From the NCBI GenBank assembly GCA_964016885.1, contig OZ024745.1, forward strand, positions 60,822,001 to 60,886,000: DNA of 64,000 nt. Reading direction: 5' to 3'. The notes beneath the pieces are model-generated. The model ran no database searches. It was not told the DNA's origin and worked only from the letters and a program-made list of their open reading frames with translations. This stretch comes from Eledone cirrhosa (lineage: Eukaryota). Positions 27,621-40,466 of the stretch are shown here, piece after piece (position 1 is the stretch's first letter; each line of letters starts with the position of its first letter). Position numbers and translations under genes: made by a program.

Positions 27621-28197
27621 GCCGCTCTTATATCATTAGAATATCTCATGACTGTCAGATCTCAATAATATTTCATCTAATTTTACTACTATTCCCGAAA
27701 ACTGTTTGCAACAACAAAAATAAGCTTAGAGAAACAAACATATAAACAAACATATATATATAAAATAAAATAAAATAAAATAAAATAAAAGTAAAATAAA
27801 ACGGTGATTTATTCAGGTGTGACGTCAGAGCAACGAAGTCATCAGATCGATTGAGGTGGAATTTGAATTAACCATTTTCGCTGATCTAGATTCGGTATAG
27901 CTAGTCTAGGTTACTAAGAAGCTGTGTCTTATACTAGCACTGCTGTTATTACACACTCTCATTGAGAATGCACTTATTCTGTCTGTCTTTTTCCTCCTTT
28001 CAGTCTATCTATGCTACTGTCTTAATGTCTGGCTTTCTCCTTCTCTGTGTATCTCTTTCTATTACCTGTCTGTCTGGCTAGCTGTCTGTCTGTCTATCTA
28101 TCTATTTGTCTGTCTGTATGTCTGCCGTCCGACCCCCCCCTCTCTCTCTTACACACACACACACACACAGACACTTTCTTTGTCTCTTTCTATGTAG

Positions 28198-28231
<34 letters not shown>

Positions 28232-28745
28232 GCTAAAAATCCCCTTCGGCCACGAATGGCCATGGGATTTGCATCTCATATTTTTCCAGCTGAGTAAATG
28301 AACTGGAGCAACGTGAAATGAAGTCCGAGTGTTGAACTCATGATTATAAGCCCAATCCTCTAAGCACTAAGTCACGCGCTTCATCCCCTCACTTCCCATC
28401 CTACGCATATGTATATATCTATGTTATGCTCTGTAGTATCTCTAGCTTCAATTATCTTGTCCTTACACAATGTTTTACCACGCTGCAGTAGTTCATCTAC
28501 TTCAAATTACTAATGATTATTGTACATTGAGCTTTTCCATATCTTGAACACTTGGATATAGGTGAGTTAAGTGGTTATTAGCACTTATAATCCATTCTTT
28601 ACACACACACGCACACGCACACGCACACGCACACACACATACATACATATTTAGTTCTAAATAAAATTGAATCAACTGATCTTTTAATAATATATACAGG
28701 TAAAATTCCATTATAACGAATTTTTCCTTATAACGAAATGTTTTT

Positions 28746-28836
<91 letters not shown>

Positions 28837-28849
28837 GGGTTAGAGAGAA

Positions 28850-28888
<39 letters not shown>

Positions 28889-29000
28889 GAATATAAAAGA
28901 AAGACGAACATAGATATATACATAGATGTGTTCAAATCGTAAGGGACCAGATTCGCTAAAGTTTCTTAATATACTTAGAAGTGTCTAGGATACTAATTCT

Positions 29001-29081
29001 TCACCCACGGATGAGCAAGAATTGGCATTCCTATTCACTATTAATTTTGCGAAACAACAGTACCAAAAGCTGTCTGGGTGA
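29001..29081 (+). ncRNA. Type I hammerhead with U4G core change, inside inverted repeat 28882-29242
   Basis: TCACCCA CGGATGA GCAAGAATT...AATTTTGC GAAACA...TGTC^ TGGGTGA, with a perfect 7-bp stem I. Confidence 0.7.
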
Positions 29082-29565
29082 TTGGTAGTTCCCACAATTT
29101 ATTTTCTTGATTTATTCTTAAATTGAGTCAGGCAAACCCTATTGTCTATAGTTAGTATTCTTTTCACCTTAGCGAATCTGGTCCCTTGCGACTTGAACAC
29201 ATATATATATCTGTGTTCGTCTTTCTCTTATATTCAATTATAATATATGGCTCGGAAAAATCTCTTTCTTAGAGCTATTTTATTGTAAGAGACTATTTTG
29301 AGTTTTTAACTCAATATATACCTTTGATATATATATATATATATATAAGTTAAAACAATGAAATAAAAAATTAAGTATTAGAGATATACTTCACTTCTCT
29401 AATGACTTGATTTTTTATTTCATTGTTTTAACTTATATCATGACTCTGTTTTCCTTTTAATGTTTTATTGTTTTCTGAGATTTATCTTAACCTACAACAT
29501 TTTCAACATATGGATTACATTGAGTTCTTCATACAGAATAGACCCCACAACTTACAGTGGATACC

Positions 29566-29628
<63 letters not shown>

Positions 29629-29636
29629 CATACACG

Positions 29637-29711
<75 letters not shown>

Positions 29712-29724
29712 ATATACATACACG

Positions 29725-29788
<64 letters not shown>

Positions 29789-30203
29789 ACATAGTTAACT
29801 GTCAACTAAAACAAAGAAAAACAAAAACAAAACAAAATTCAACATGGAGTTGACATTGACATGTATGTTTAGTCCATCTTTTATCAGCTTAGGTTAACAA
29901 AGTACTAATGTTAAATCAACTATGATGTAATGAAGCTTTGTTTTATATCTGTCACCAATTTCTGTTAAAATAAACAACGAAGTGTATGTACTGTCTTATA
30001 AGTCTGTTGGGTTAGAAGAGCAAGGTTGACAATTTTGAAGACTTTGTCTTCAGTCAGAGTATTTGGGACAAGTTAGCTCTGTGAAATACACAATCTATAC
30101 ACGATCAATTTGTCTTCAACTTCACCACCGATACCACCACCACCACCACCACCACCACCACCACCACACAAAAAAACTACAAAAAGCCCCGCAGATAAAC
30201 ACA

Positions 30204-30290
<87 letters not shown>

Positions 30291-30299
30291 ACTTGCACA

Positions 30300-31205
30300 C
30301 GTTTTTACGCCCGTTTGTCTACGCTTGCATAGGTTGGATGGGTCTTTTTCAGCTCAGCATCTTTCCACTCATCTCCTCTGTGAGTCTCAGCAATTTGAGG
30401 TCAGCTCTCACCCCCCCTCTGCCCAGCCCAGGTCTTTCTTAGTCAATCTCTATTGCGGCTTCCAGCCACTCAAATTTCCTGGCACTTCTTCACCCAGCGA
30501 TCATTATCCATGCACATCACATGTCCGTACTAATGCAGTCTTCTCTCCTGCACACCACCGTTGATTCCTCGTAAACCCAGCTTCTCCCCCAGTTCATCCA
30601 AGCTCTGCTTTTCTCTCACATTTACGTTGCACACCCAACGAAGCATGACCGCTTCATTTCTCTCCAGTCTACAGATGTCTTCTGTAGTCACAGCCCATGT
30701 ATCACTACCATGCAGCATCACACTTCGCACACAGACGTTATACAGTTGTCTTGTTGTACCTATTATTGTCAACAGTGGGAGTAGCTTTCTAAATGTCTTC
30801 CATCCTATCCTTATTATAACTATTACGCTCTCAGAGCGTCCTCCATTGCTAATTAAGTCACCTAGATAGCAAAAAGCTATCAACCACTTCTATGAAACTT
30901 TCCTGTAACTTGGAGAGGTTTATATCACTTCTGCTCTTCCATCAATTACTCCTGTGAATCTTTTACATACAAAGTCTTCCTTTCCTATTAGTTTACCCGT
31001 TATCCCACTACGTGTCTTATGTACCCAAGATTTACATTGTGTACACTGTATGGAGTTTATGCCTACACCCTTTCTACATATGGAACAGGGCCACTTCCCT
31101 GGAGGGATCTGGGTCTTATCTTCTTTCCTCCTCACTAGCACTATAGTTTTGGCTAAGTTTTACTCTCAGACCTTTTGATTCTAAATTCCATTTCCATAGT
31201 CGGAA
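30300..31205 (-). mobile_element. RTE-clade LINE ORF2 3' part with PHD-like Cys cluster (decayed)
   Basis: WPCSICRKGVG..SIQCTQCKSWVH, then FCYLGD, LYNVCVRSVMLHGSDTW and MLRW motifs. Confidence 0.8.
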
Positions 31206-33353
31206 TATATATACTGTTACAACGACACTGGTCATGCTACTTAAATTAATATCAATATTGATTTCTAACTTTGGGATAAGATTAAACCAGCCTCAGTACT
31301 TGGTTGATTGGCACAATTGGTAGAGCGTCAGACCAAATATCATTGCCGTATTTGTTTTGGTTCTTTATATTCTGAGTTCAAACCCTGCCGAGGTCAATTC
31401 ATCGCAGGATTCATTTCAATGCTCCTCCCCGCCCAGCTGCTGTTGGTATTCATTTTCAGTTGGCTAAACTGGAGCAACGTAAAATGAAGCGTTTTGCTCA
31501 AGAACACGTGAACCATTCATTCTCTCCAGGAATCGAACCCATGACATTACGATCTTAAATACAACACGCCAACCACTAGGTCACACGCCTTCGCATAGTA
31601 ACAGTTGCAGTAATTTGATATGTACCTCATATCACCGACACTTCAACGAAATATATGACCTTGCATCACCCTTGGTGGGATATGCTTTTGCAGTCATGTC
31701 CGTGACGCGCAGCCTCAATACCGCCGAGCCCTAGGCCCAGAGCCCATCACCCTCCCCCTTTCCCCTCCCATTCTTCTGTGACCCTAGAGCCTTTGCCTTT
31801 CCCTTTCTTTTCCGTTTTCATAACCACAAAAGACACTTGAATATTCAATGTAACTCCACTTCGTGTTGTGAGTACTGTTTTTATTTGCTTATATATGTTC
31901 AATATTTGAATAAACCTTATAAAGTCGTTTATCTCGCTATGTAAATTCAAGTAAAATCAAACCTAGGCTGCTATTTTGAGTTTACAGTATACTCCTCACA
32001 TTTGTTAACTGTAAAATTGCACTAAAGATGTTCTTCACAACACACAGACATTTATCAAAAGATTCATTCAGTTAACCTATTTCCTTCCTGTATTTTAAAA
32101 TGAACGATGCTATCCTAGTCTATTGCTGTGACATAAACGTTAGTCTGAGCTATTTATAAATTATATAATTCAAGATAAACTGGCGATAAGATAAATAAAA
32201 CAAACATCGACCAACAATTATCGTAGCCAACTCACGTGAGGTGGCAGTAAATTCTGCACAATTAATAGAACAGAACATTTTGTATTGAAACTATCGAACT
32301 GCTTGAATATTCATTATTGTTTTTTTCGGTGGATTGGCAGTATCGGTAGAGGGTCGGACGCCATGCTTTCCAGCATAGTTACGTCCCTTTACGATCTGAG
32401 TTCAAATTCCGCCGAGGTTGACTTTGCCTTTCATCCTTACGGGGTCGATAAAATAAAGTACCAGTAATGCACTGGGTAATTGCTGGCCTTGTGCCTAAAG
32501 TAGAAACAATTATTGTTTTTTTCTTTTTTCGTTCATTTCTTCATTGGCTTCATACTTTTAAGATGTATAATATTTCCTGGAACTATTTCTTGTATTTAGA
32601 AATATATAAGTAATTAGATTAGGGAATAATAATTGTTTCTACTTTAGGCACAAGGCCAGCAATTTGAAAAGGGGGGGGGGGGTCGATTAAATCGACTCCA
32701 GTGCAGTACTGCTACTTTATTTTATCGACCCCGTAAGGATGAATGGCAAAGCTAACACTCGGCGAGATTTGAAATCAGAACGTAAAGGGCCGTAATTCTA
32801 TGCTGCAAAGATGTTGTCCGATGCTATACCAACTCGGCCAATAATAATAATTGTTTCTACTTTAGGCACAAGGCCAGCAATTACCCAGTACATTACTGGT
32901 ACTTTATTTTATCGACCCCGTAAGGATGAAAGGCAAAGTTAACCTCGGCGGGATTTGAACTCAGAATGGCAAGGGCCGTAACTCTATGCGTCAAAGCATG
33001 GCGTCTGCCCCTCTACCGATACTATGGGCACAAGGCCAGCAATTTTGGGGGAGGGGAAAGTCGATCAAATCGACTCCAGTGCATTACTGGTGCTTCATTT
33101 TATCGACCACGTAAGGATGAAAAGCAAAACTAGCCGCGGCGGGATTTGAACTCATAATGTAAAGGGCCATAACTCTATGTCGCTAAGCATGTTGTCCGAC
33201 CCTCTACCGATGCTACCAATCCACCGCCCTAACTCTACCAATTATAACAATAATGGTTTTTAATAATTTGTGTGTGTGTAATGTATTTGCGGTAAACCAC
33301 TCTCGTTACCTAGTCTAAGATATCTCTAGTGAAATATGAGCTCTGTAGAGTAA

Positions 33354-34319
33354 GATAGCTAGCATGTCGCCAGTGTTACCGTCTGCTCTGTATCATCCAA
33401 TGATAGCTAGCATGTCGCCAGTTTTACCGTCTGCTCTGTATCATCCAATGATAGCTAGCATGTCGCCAGTTTTACCGTCTGCTCTGTATCATCCAATGAT
33501 AGCTAGCATGTCGCCAGTGTTACCGTCTGCTCTGTATCATCCAATGATAGCTAGCATGTCGCCAGTTTTACCGTCTGCTCTGTATCATCCAAAGATAGCT
33601 AGCATGTCGCCAGTGTTACCGTCTGCTCTGTATCATCCAATGATAGCTAGCATGTCGCCAGTTTTACCGTCTGCTCTGTATCATCCAAAGATAGCTAGCA
33701 TGTCGCCAGTTTTACCGTCTGCTCTGTATCATCCAATGATAGCTAGCATGTCGCCAGTTTTACCGTCTGCTCTGTATCATCCAATGATAGCTAGCATGTC
33801 GCCAGTTTTACCGTCTGCTCTGTATCATCCAAAGATAGCTAGCATGTCGCCAGTTTTATCGTCTGCTCTGTATCATCCAATGATAGCTAGCATGTCGCCA
33901 GTTTTACCGTCTGCTCTGTATCATCCAATGATAGCTAGCATGTCGCCAGTGTTACCGTCTGCTCTGTATCATCCAATGATAGCTAGCATGTCGCCAGTTT
34001 TACCGTCTGCTCTGTATCATCCAAAGATAGCTAGCATGTCGCCAGTGTTACCGTCTGCTCTGTATCATCCAATGATAGCTAGCATGTCGCCAGTTTTACC
34101 GTCTGCTCTGTATCATCCAATGATAGCTAGCATGTCGCCAGTTTTACCGTCTGCTCTGTATCATCCAAAGATAGCTAGCATGTCGCCAGTTTTACCGTCT
34201 GCTCTGTATCATCCAATGATAGCTAGCATGTCGCCAGTTTTACCGTCTGCTCTGTATCATCCAATGATAGCTAGCATGTCGCCAGTTTTACCGTCTGCTC
34301 TGTATCATCCAATGATAGC
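33354..34319. repeat. 48-bp minisatellite, 20 units
   Basis: Unit GATAGCTAGCATGTCGCCAGTKTTACCGTCTGCTCTGTATCATCCAAW; (34314-33354)/48 = 20. Confidence 0.97.
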
Positions 34320-35149
34320 AATGAATTTAGTTAACTCTTAACATTCTGGTAATGATTTAGTAGAAAATATCTAAAAATAAAAACAATAGAAAAACAACAA
34401 CAAAACGGTCTGTTAATTCAGATGTTTATAGTATATTTACTAGTGGACAGATCATCGAGAACATTCGCAGTTTTAGAGTAAATACTTTAATTTATAATTG
34501 TTTCTACTTTTGGCACAAGGCCAACAATTATACCAGTGAATTACTGGTACTTTATTTTATCGACCCCGTAAGGATGAAAGGCAAAGTCAACCTCGGCGGG
34601 ATTTGAACTCAGATGGTAAAGGGCCGTAACTCTTTGCTGCAAAGCATGGCGTCCGACCCTCTACCGATACTGCCAATCCACCGCCCTTTAATTTATAATG
34701 TGATGTAGTCATTAGTGCTGTTTTGTACACATTAAGATTGTCTTCTTAATGTGATTTCATGTGATAGCCGGGTGGAAAGGGTATCGAGCTTTCATCAGAA
34801 GAATAATTGTTTCAATCTCCGTCAGTCAGTACACGCGATTGATATTTAACTCACACATGACCAGTTCACTCAACTTAGAATAGGTGCCCTAGAGCATGTT
34901 GTTGTTGTTGATGATGTTGTTTAACCCCCAGGTGATCCCCGATGGACCAGGTCTATTATCAAACGTATTTCAGCCATGACCATCCCGTCTGTTTTTAGAA
35001 GCATATCTAGGACTACATTGTTCAATGCGCCCTTTCCTTTTCCGGGGACAGTAGAATGGGATTTAAAAGAAATCTGGCTGTTATTTTTAACGGGTTGAAC
35101 GTCCACATAAGGTTCTGTCGTTGGCTCCTGGATCATGTATAATTCATCG

Positions 35150-35525
35150 TTGTACACAATGGGAACAAAACCTTGAAATAATTGATAGACGCACACGTAA
35201 GATCTTCATGTGTTGATGGGTGCTTACACCCAAGGGCAAATATTGCAAGACTATACCTTAAGAGGAGAGGTTTAATTCCGGTTGAACAATGTGTACGTAG
35301 TGAGTGAAACTGCTTGTGAGACTATCTGACATTAACTGAAGAACCACTACTGAGAGAAGTTCTGAAAGAAGACTTTATAACAGAAAGTCATTGTCAGAAA
35401 GCATCCAACAAAGCCTTTAGAGAGAAACAAGAATAGGCATGAAAAGAAAAGACTCTTCATGGCATATTTTCAGCTGCCATTAAAGATATTACTAATCCCA
35501 GGTCTTGGCTTTGGCTTAGGTAAGG
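35150..35525 (+). mobile_element. R4/Dong-like LINE internal fragment
   Basis: IDRRTRK, LHPRANIARLYL.RRGLI and LHG motifs, interrupted by stops. Confidence 0.65.
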
Positions 35526-35534
35526 TTGGGTTTA

Positions 35535-35690
35535 AAAGAGCACCAAGCTCCTGCAATTCTTGCATTTTATTCAGCCTCTTCTCTTCCGTCGCACGTGAAA
35601 ACGGCCCTGAGATACTTGTACTTCTCCACTCACATTCAGAGCGCACTGTCTAGCTTTCTCGAGAGGATGGATGCTTCAGACTTCGCAGCA
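35535..35690 (-). mobile_element. RTE-like ORF2 fragment
   Basis: Minus strand VEKYKYLRAVFTCDGREEAE*NARIAGA matches the FKYLG..DG..EI..RI motif. Confidence 0.55.
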
Positions 35691-37175
35691 CTATTCCAAT
35701 ATTTTAAAATATTTGTATTTTAGTATTTCTGTCTGAATCGTTGAGGAAGTAGACAGTGGTGCTGTTCTAATCTTCAAATAAACTAAACTATTAAGCAATT
35801 CGTGGCTCCATCAAGTCTCACGTGAAATGAGAGACCAGTAGAGAAAACAACTCCCATACAGAGAAAAAGGAAGAACGAGGGGCAGATCCGATGGTGGAAT
35901 GATGACGCAGAGAAGAAGAGAGGCCGAGAGAAAGATGATGTGGTAGAATGCTGATGTAACTAGAAATTGATGAGTAATTTCGTTGTTGTTTAGCCCTAGG
36001 TCACCTCTGATCGAACAGACCTATAATTAAAGGAATTCTAGCCAAGACGTCTCGTCTTTTTGTGTATCTTAAACTACATCATCCAATGTATCATTCCTTT
36101 TAAAGACAGTAGAGTGAAATTTAAGGGATATTTGACTGCTATTTCCAGTAGGTCGATCAACCATATAGAAGTTTTCTCGTTCGCTTGATGTGTAATTTGA
36201 TAATTTCCCTGTGCAGTGATATAATATTTTCATGTTAGAGAATTAGTTTTCTTACTTAGGTACATTGGTAGAGTCGTTAGAGCAGTGGACAACATAGCTT
36301 GCAGCGTTTGTTCTGACTCCTCAGTGAGGTCAAGATTGCCTTTCATCCTTTCAGGGTTGATAAAATATACTATTAGTCCAGCGTGGTGGCTTGGCCGAAT
36401 TGTTAGAGCGCCGTACGCAGTGCCATACAATAATTTTTTTCTGCCTTTATGCGTTCTGAGTTCAAATTTTATGGTTTCCTACTTGGATCTAAAGTCGGTA
36501 CCAAGACCGGAAACTCCCCAGACCGGTGCTTACGACGATTTCCTTGGCGTTGAATGATTGAGAGTACAAGACTACCCCCTGGGGGTAACATGACACCCGT
36601 CTATCGTAAGTCTACCCATCCCCAGCTACTGGTGGTACTCATTTTCAGCCGAGTATACTGAGTAAACATCAAATGAAATGTTTTGCTCAAAAACAACATA
36701 CAACATAGTCTAGAAATCGAACCCATGACATTATAGTTGTAAGTGTGACACCCTAACCATTAGGCCACGCGCCTTCATAATCCATCTCCCAGTTTAACAT
36801 GCTTTTAGCGGGTCCATTCTGTTGCACACATTCGAACAAGGTCTTCAGTCTGAGGATACATCTCTACTTCCCGCCCACCTTCAACCAGAAAAATCTCGCA
36901 ATGTCATTTTATCCGACGCTCTAACAATCCCTCACCATTTCAATTCCTATAAATATTGATTATTAATTTAGGCACAAGGCCAGAATAATTGAGGGGAGAG
37001 GAAAATCGATCATATTGGCCACAGTATTTAACTGCTATTTTATTTATTGACCTCGGAAGGATGGAAAGCAAAGTTGACCTCAGCGGAATTTGAACTTGAA
37101 ACTTAGAGCACCAGAACAAATCCTACATAATATTTACCCGACACTCTAACTTCTCTACTAACTGATTAAGTAGTA

Positions 37176-37206
<31 letters not shown>

Positions 37207-37671
37207 GACGTATCTCTATGCGATATTGTAACATCAGAGCCTTTCTAAAAGGTTTTATTGTTATAAATAAAGTAAATTATATAAATAAAGTAAATAGAAA
37301 CTAGAAACTAGGTCAAGGATGAACCACCCCGTATGTATACACACACCATCACGAACAATATATGCACCACTCCAACAAAACATACATATATCCGCACAAA
37401 AACAAATTAAATACGACACAGGCGCTCACATACACACCCCACCCCATCCTTTTTATCCTCTATCTATGAATCTCATCTTTCTATTTCCTCTACTCCAGTT
37501 CTCTGAACCTCATCTTTGTGTTTCATCTACTACTGATGATGAACTAACGTCCGATACGTTGAACTGTCCTATTTTTTTTTCCTTTTTCTTTCAAATGTGA
37601 AACTAATAGGATTATTGTTGTTGTGTTTGTCCTTTTTTAACTATATACATGTTATATACATGCATACATAC

Positions 37672-37715
<44 letters not shown>

Positions 37716-37980
37716 GCGTATATATATGTGTGTGTGTGTGTTAAGTATTTCTGTAGAAAAGGTCAAGGAAAGAAGAGTGCTCTATGTATAGTACAGAGCG
37801 TAATTGGGTGTATGTATAGATGCGCTCATGTATTTTTATGTGTGTGCACATGTATTTATATTTAAATGTGTGTGTACTTGTGTATATATATATTTTTCCG
37901 TTATAAGATGTTATTTTGACTCAGCTTCACTTTCATTTTTAATAGATATTAATTTCAAATCTTATATCCAAAACATAACT

Positions 37981-38052
37981 ATTCCATCTGATGAACGAGC
38001 TAGACGTTTCTGTAAGGATCGTCTAGTTTCCTGAAACCTTTGGTAATGGAAT
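37981..38052 (+). ncRNA. Type I hammerhead ribozyme
   Basis: ATTCCAT CTGATGA [..CTAGACG/CGTCTAG..] GAAACC TTT GGTA^ ATGGAAT. Confidence 0.8.
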
Positions 38053-38076
38053 AATTATATTGTGTTGTTTATTATG

Positions 38077-38146
<70 letters not shown>

Positions 38147-38149
<3 letters not shown>

Positions 38150-38784
38150 GTATATATAGTGTATTTTGCAATACACTGTTTGCTTAATAAAAAGCATTTT
38201 GAAGACCTTATGCTATTGTTTTAGAGTAGTGACAGACTCACTTACTTTAATTTCAGCAAACAGGGGGAGATAAAGCTGACAAGGCCTTGTTTCTGCATTT
38301 ATTAATGCTTATCAAAGCCAACTACACCTCCCGTTTGCTGAAAACCTGGATGTTTTGGTTCTTATAGAATTCTAGTAAATAATCAGGAACTGATTATACA
38401 GAGCGGTTGCCGGTCAAGCAGAAATTAAAAATTAGAATTGTTGCTCTGAAATAGCTATATATATATGAATGTATATATAGTGTATTTTGCAATACACTGT
38501 ATGCTTAATAAAAAGCATTTTGAAGACCTTATGCTATTGTTTTAGAGTAGTGACAGACTCACTTACTTTAATTTCAGCAAACAGGGGGAGATAAATCAAT
38601 AAATGCAGAAACAAGGCCTTGTCAGCTTTATCTCCCCCTGTTTGCTGAAATTAAAGTAAGTGAGTCTGTCACTACTCTAAAACAATAGCATAAGGTCTTC
38701 AAAATGCTTTTTATTAAGCATACAGTGTATTGCAAAATACACTGTATATACATTCATATATATATAGCTATTTCAGAGCAACAA

Positions 38785-38791
<7 letters not shown>
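38147..38791. mobile_element. PLE/retrozyme-like insertion: partial tandem (321-bp period) plus inverted copy
   Basis: 38147 repeats at 38468, and 38431-38595 is inverted at 38627-38791. A hammerhead variant lies at 38274-38319 (-). (TA)n on both sides. Confidence 0.8.
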
Positions 38792-38875
<84 letters not shown>

Positions 38876-39201
38876 GCCCGTGTGAAGGCGTATGGCTTAG
38901 TTGTTAGGGTATTCGGTAGCCGATTGTAAGGTCGTCAGTTGGCAAAAATGAGATGTACCTGTAATTCGAAGTGGGCCAGCTTTGTCACATTCTGTGTCAG
39001 GCTGTATCTCACTGAGAACTACATTATGGTTATGCGTGTCTGGGGGAATTGCCACTAGATCAGCTATGATTGAGAAAATCTATTCTCAAATGTGTTTCAA
39101 CCACGACCGTCCTATATTCCAGAGTCTTCTGTTTTTAAAACGGCAGGGTTTAATTTAAGTGAATTAGCTATTATTTTTAGCAGGCTTGCGATAGTGTAGA
39201 A

Positions 39202-39510
39202 CAGCCTGGAATATGTTGCACACCCCTGTTCTGAACAGGGGTGTGCAACATATTCCATTGGCAGGTCACTTTTGAACATTGGAACAACTATTTGGGTCAT
39301 CAATATTTGTTAAGCACTATTCCAAAGATTCGCCACAACTTCTTACCATAACATGGAACTGGGAAATTATAACACACATAACCCTATCAGTGAAGCCCTT
39401 TAGGTAAACATTAAAAACGGTCATCGCGAGCCACTCTGGCTGGTCTGGCGGGCCGGATTGTGGCCCGTGAGCCGGATTGTGGCCCGCGGGTCACCTGTTG
39501 CACGCCCCTG
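39202..39510. mobile_element. hAT (Charlie-like) non-autonomous element with folded-back left end
   Basis: Perfect 8-bp direct repeat GTGTAGAA at 39194-39201 and 39511-39518; TIRs CAGGGGTGTGCAAC / GTTGCACGCCCCTG. Confidence 0.7.
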
Positions 39511-40466
39511 GTGTAGAACAATTGTACTGAACTTACTATAAAGTTAATAAGTTTTATATCCAGTTGAAATCTATCGAAAAGGCAACCACAAATGTTGTTC
39601 GACAGTAAAGCCAAAGAGAACAATCAAAATTGTATTTCTAAAGATTTACCAGTTTCTAAAGATATTGTGTGACAGCTGTGTGTGTGCAACAACTTGTCTC
39701 TATAGATTTATCTATAATATTGATTTCTACAATAATATTAACTTGAACTATGACAGTCAAACACAGACAATACAAAACTAGGGAACATTTAAGAAAATAA
39801 AGAGAGGGATTACAATCAATAAAGAGGTTACCAACGGTTTGCATTTAAATTAGAATTAGATTAGAGAGCGTAATTTAAGGAGGAATCTAGGTGTATATTT
39901 TATTTCTTATAGAAGTGAGGGGTTGCGGTGAGAGCTCTAATACGAAAGTAGGAGGAAGTTGAAAACACACTCAAAATATGAAGTTACTCGAGACTGGAGA
40001 GTGTAAAAAGATGGGAAGTAATTGAGAAAATGAATGCGAGAACGAGAGTATAATAATTGAATTTATATTGAATGGTAGAAGTAAATAGATAGAAGAAAAA
40101 CAATGAAAGTAAAAGAAAAAAAATATTAAAAAAAACACGTCCCAGATAGAACTGGAGCACGCACTAACTAGAAAACAGTAAATATATATTATAACAGAAA
40201 ACCTGTTTCTCCGTCTGTCTGTCACACATATATGTAGGATGGAAAAGTGAAGAAGTAAAGGGAGATAACTTATGTTACGCTTATCGCAAGGGTTAAAGGT
40301 AGGGATCTATAGGAGAAGGCGGTGGTGAGGAGCCAGTGGAGAGGAGGTTCCGAGTATCTTATGTTAATGTAAATGTATCCATGTATACACAGGTGACCGA
40401 CTTGTCACGCTCCCTAAATTGTCAAAACTCACACTGTCCTAACTGCAACATACCTTCACCTGATTG

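Noticed and set aside
33364-34341. 325-aa repeat ORF, or a CRISPR-like array
   Set aside because: It is a pure tandem repeat with no unique spacers and no cas genes. The open frame follows from the 48-bp unit.
37525-37570. CTGATGA...GATAC hammerhead-like motif
   Set aside because: GAAA is broken and stems I and III do not pair.
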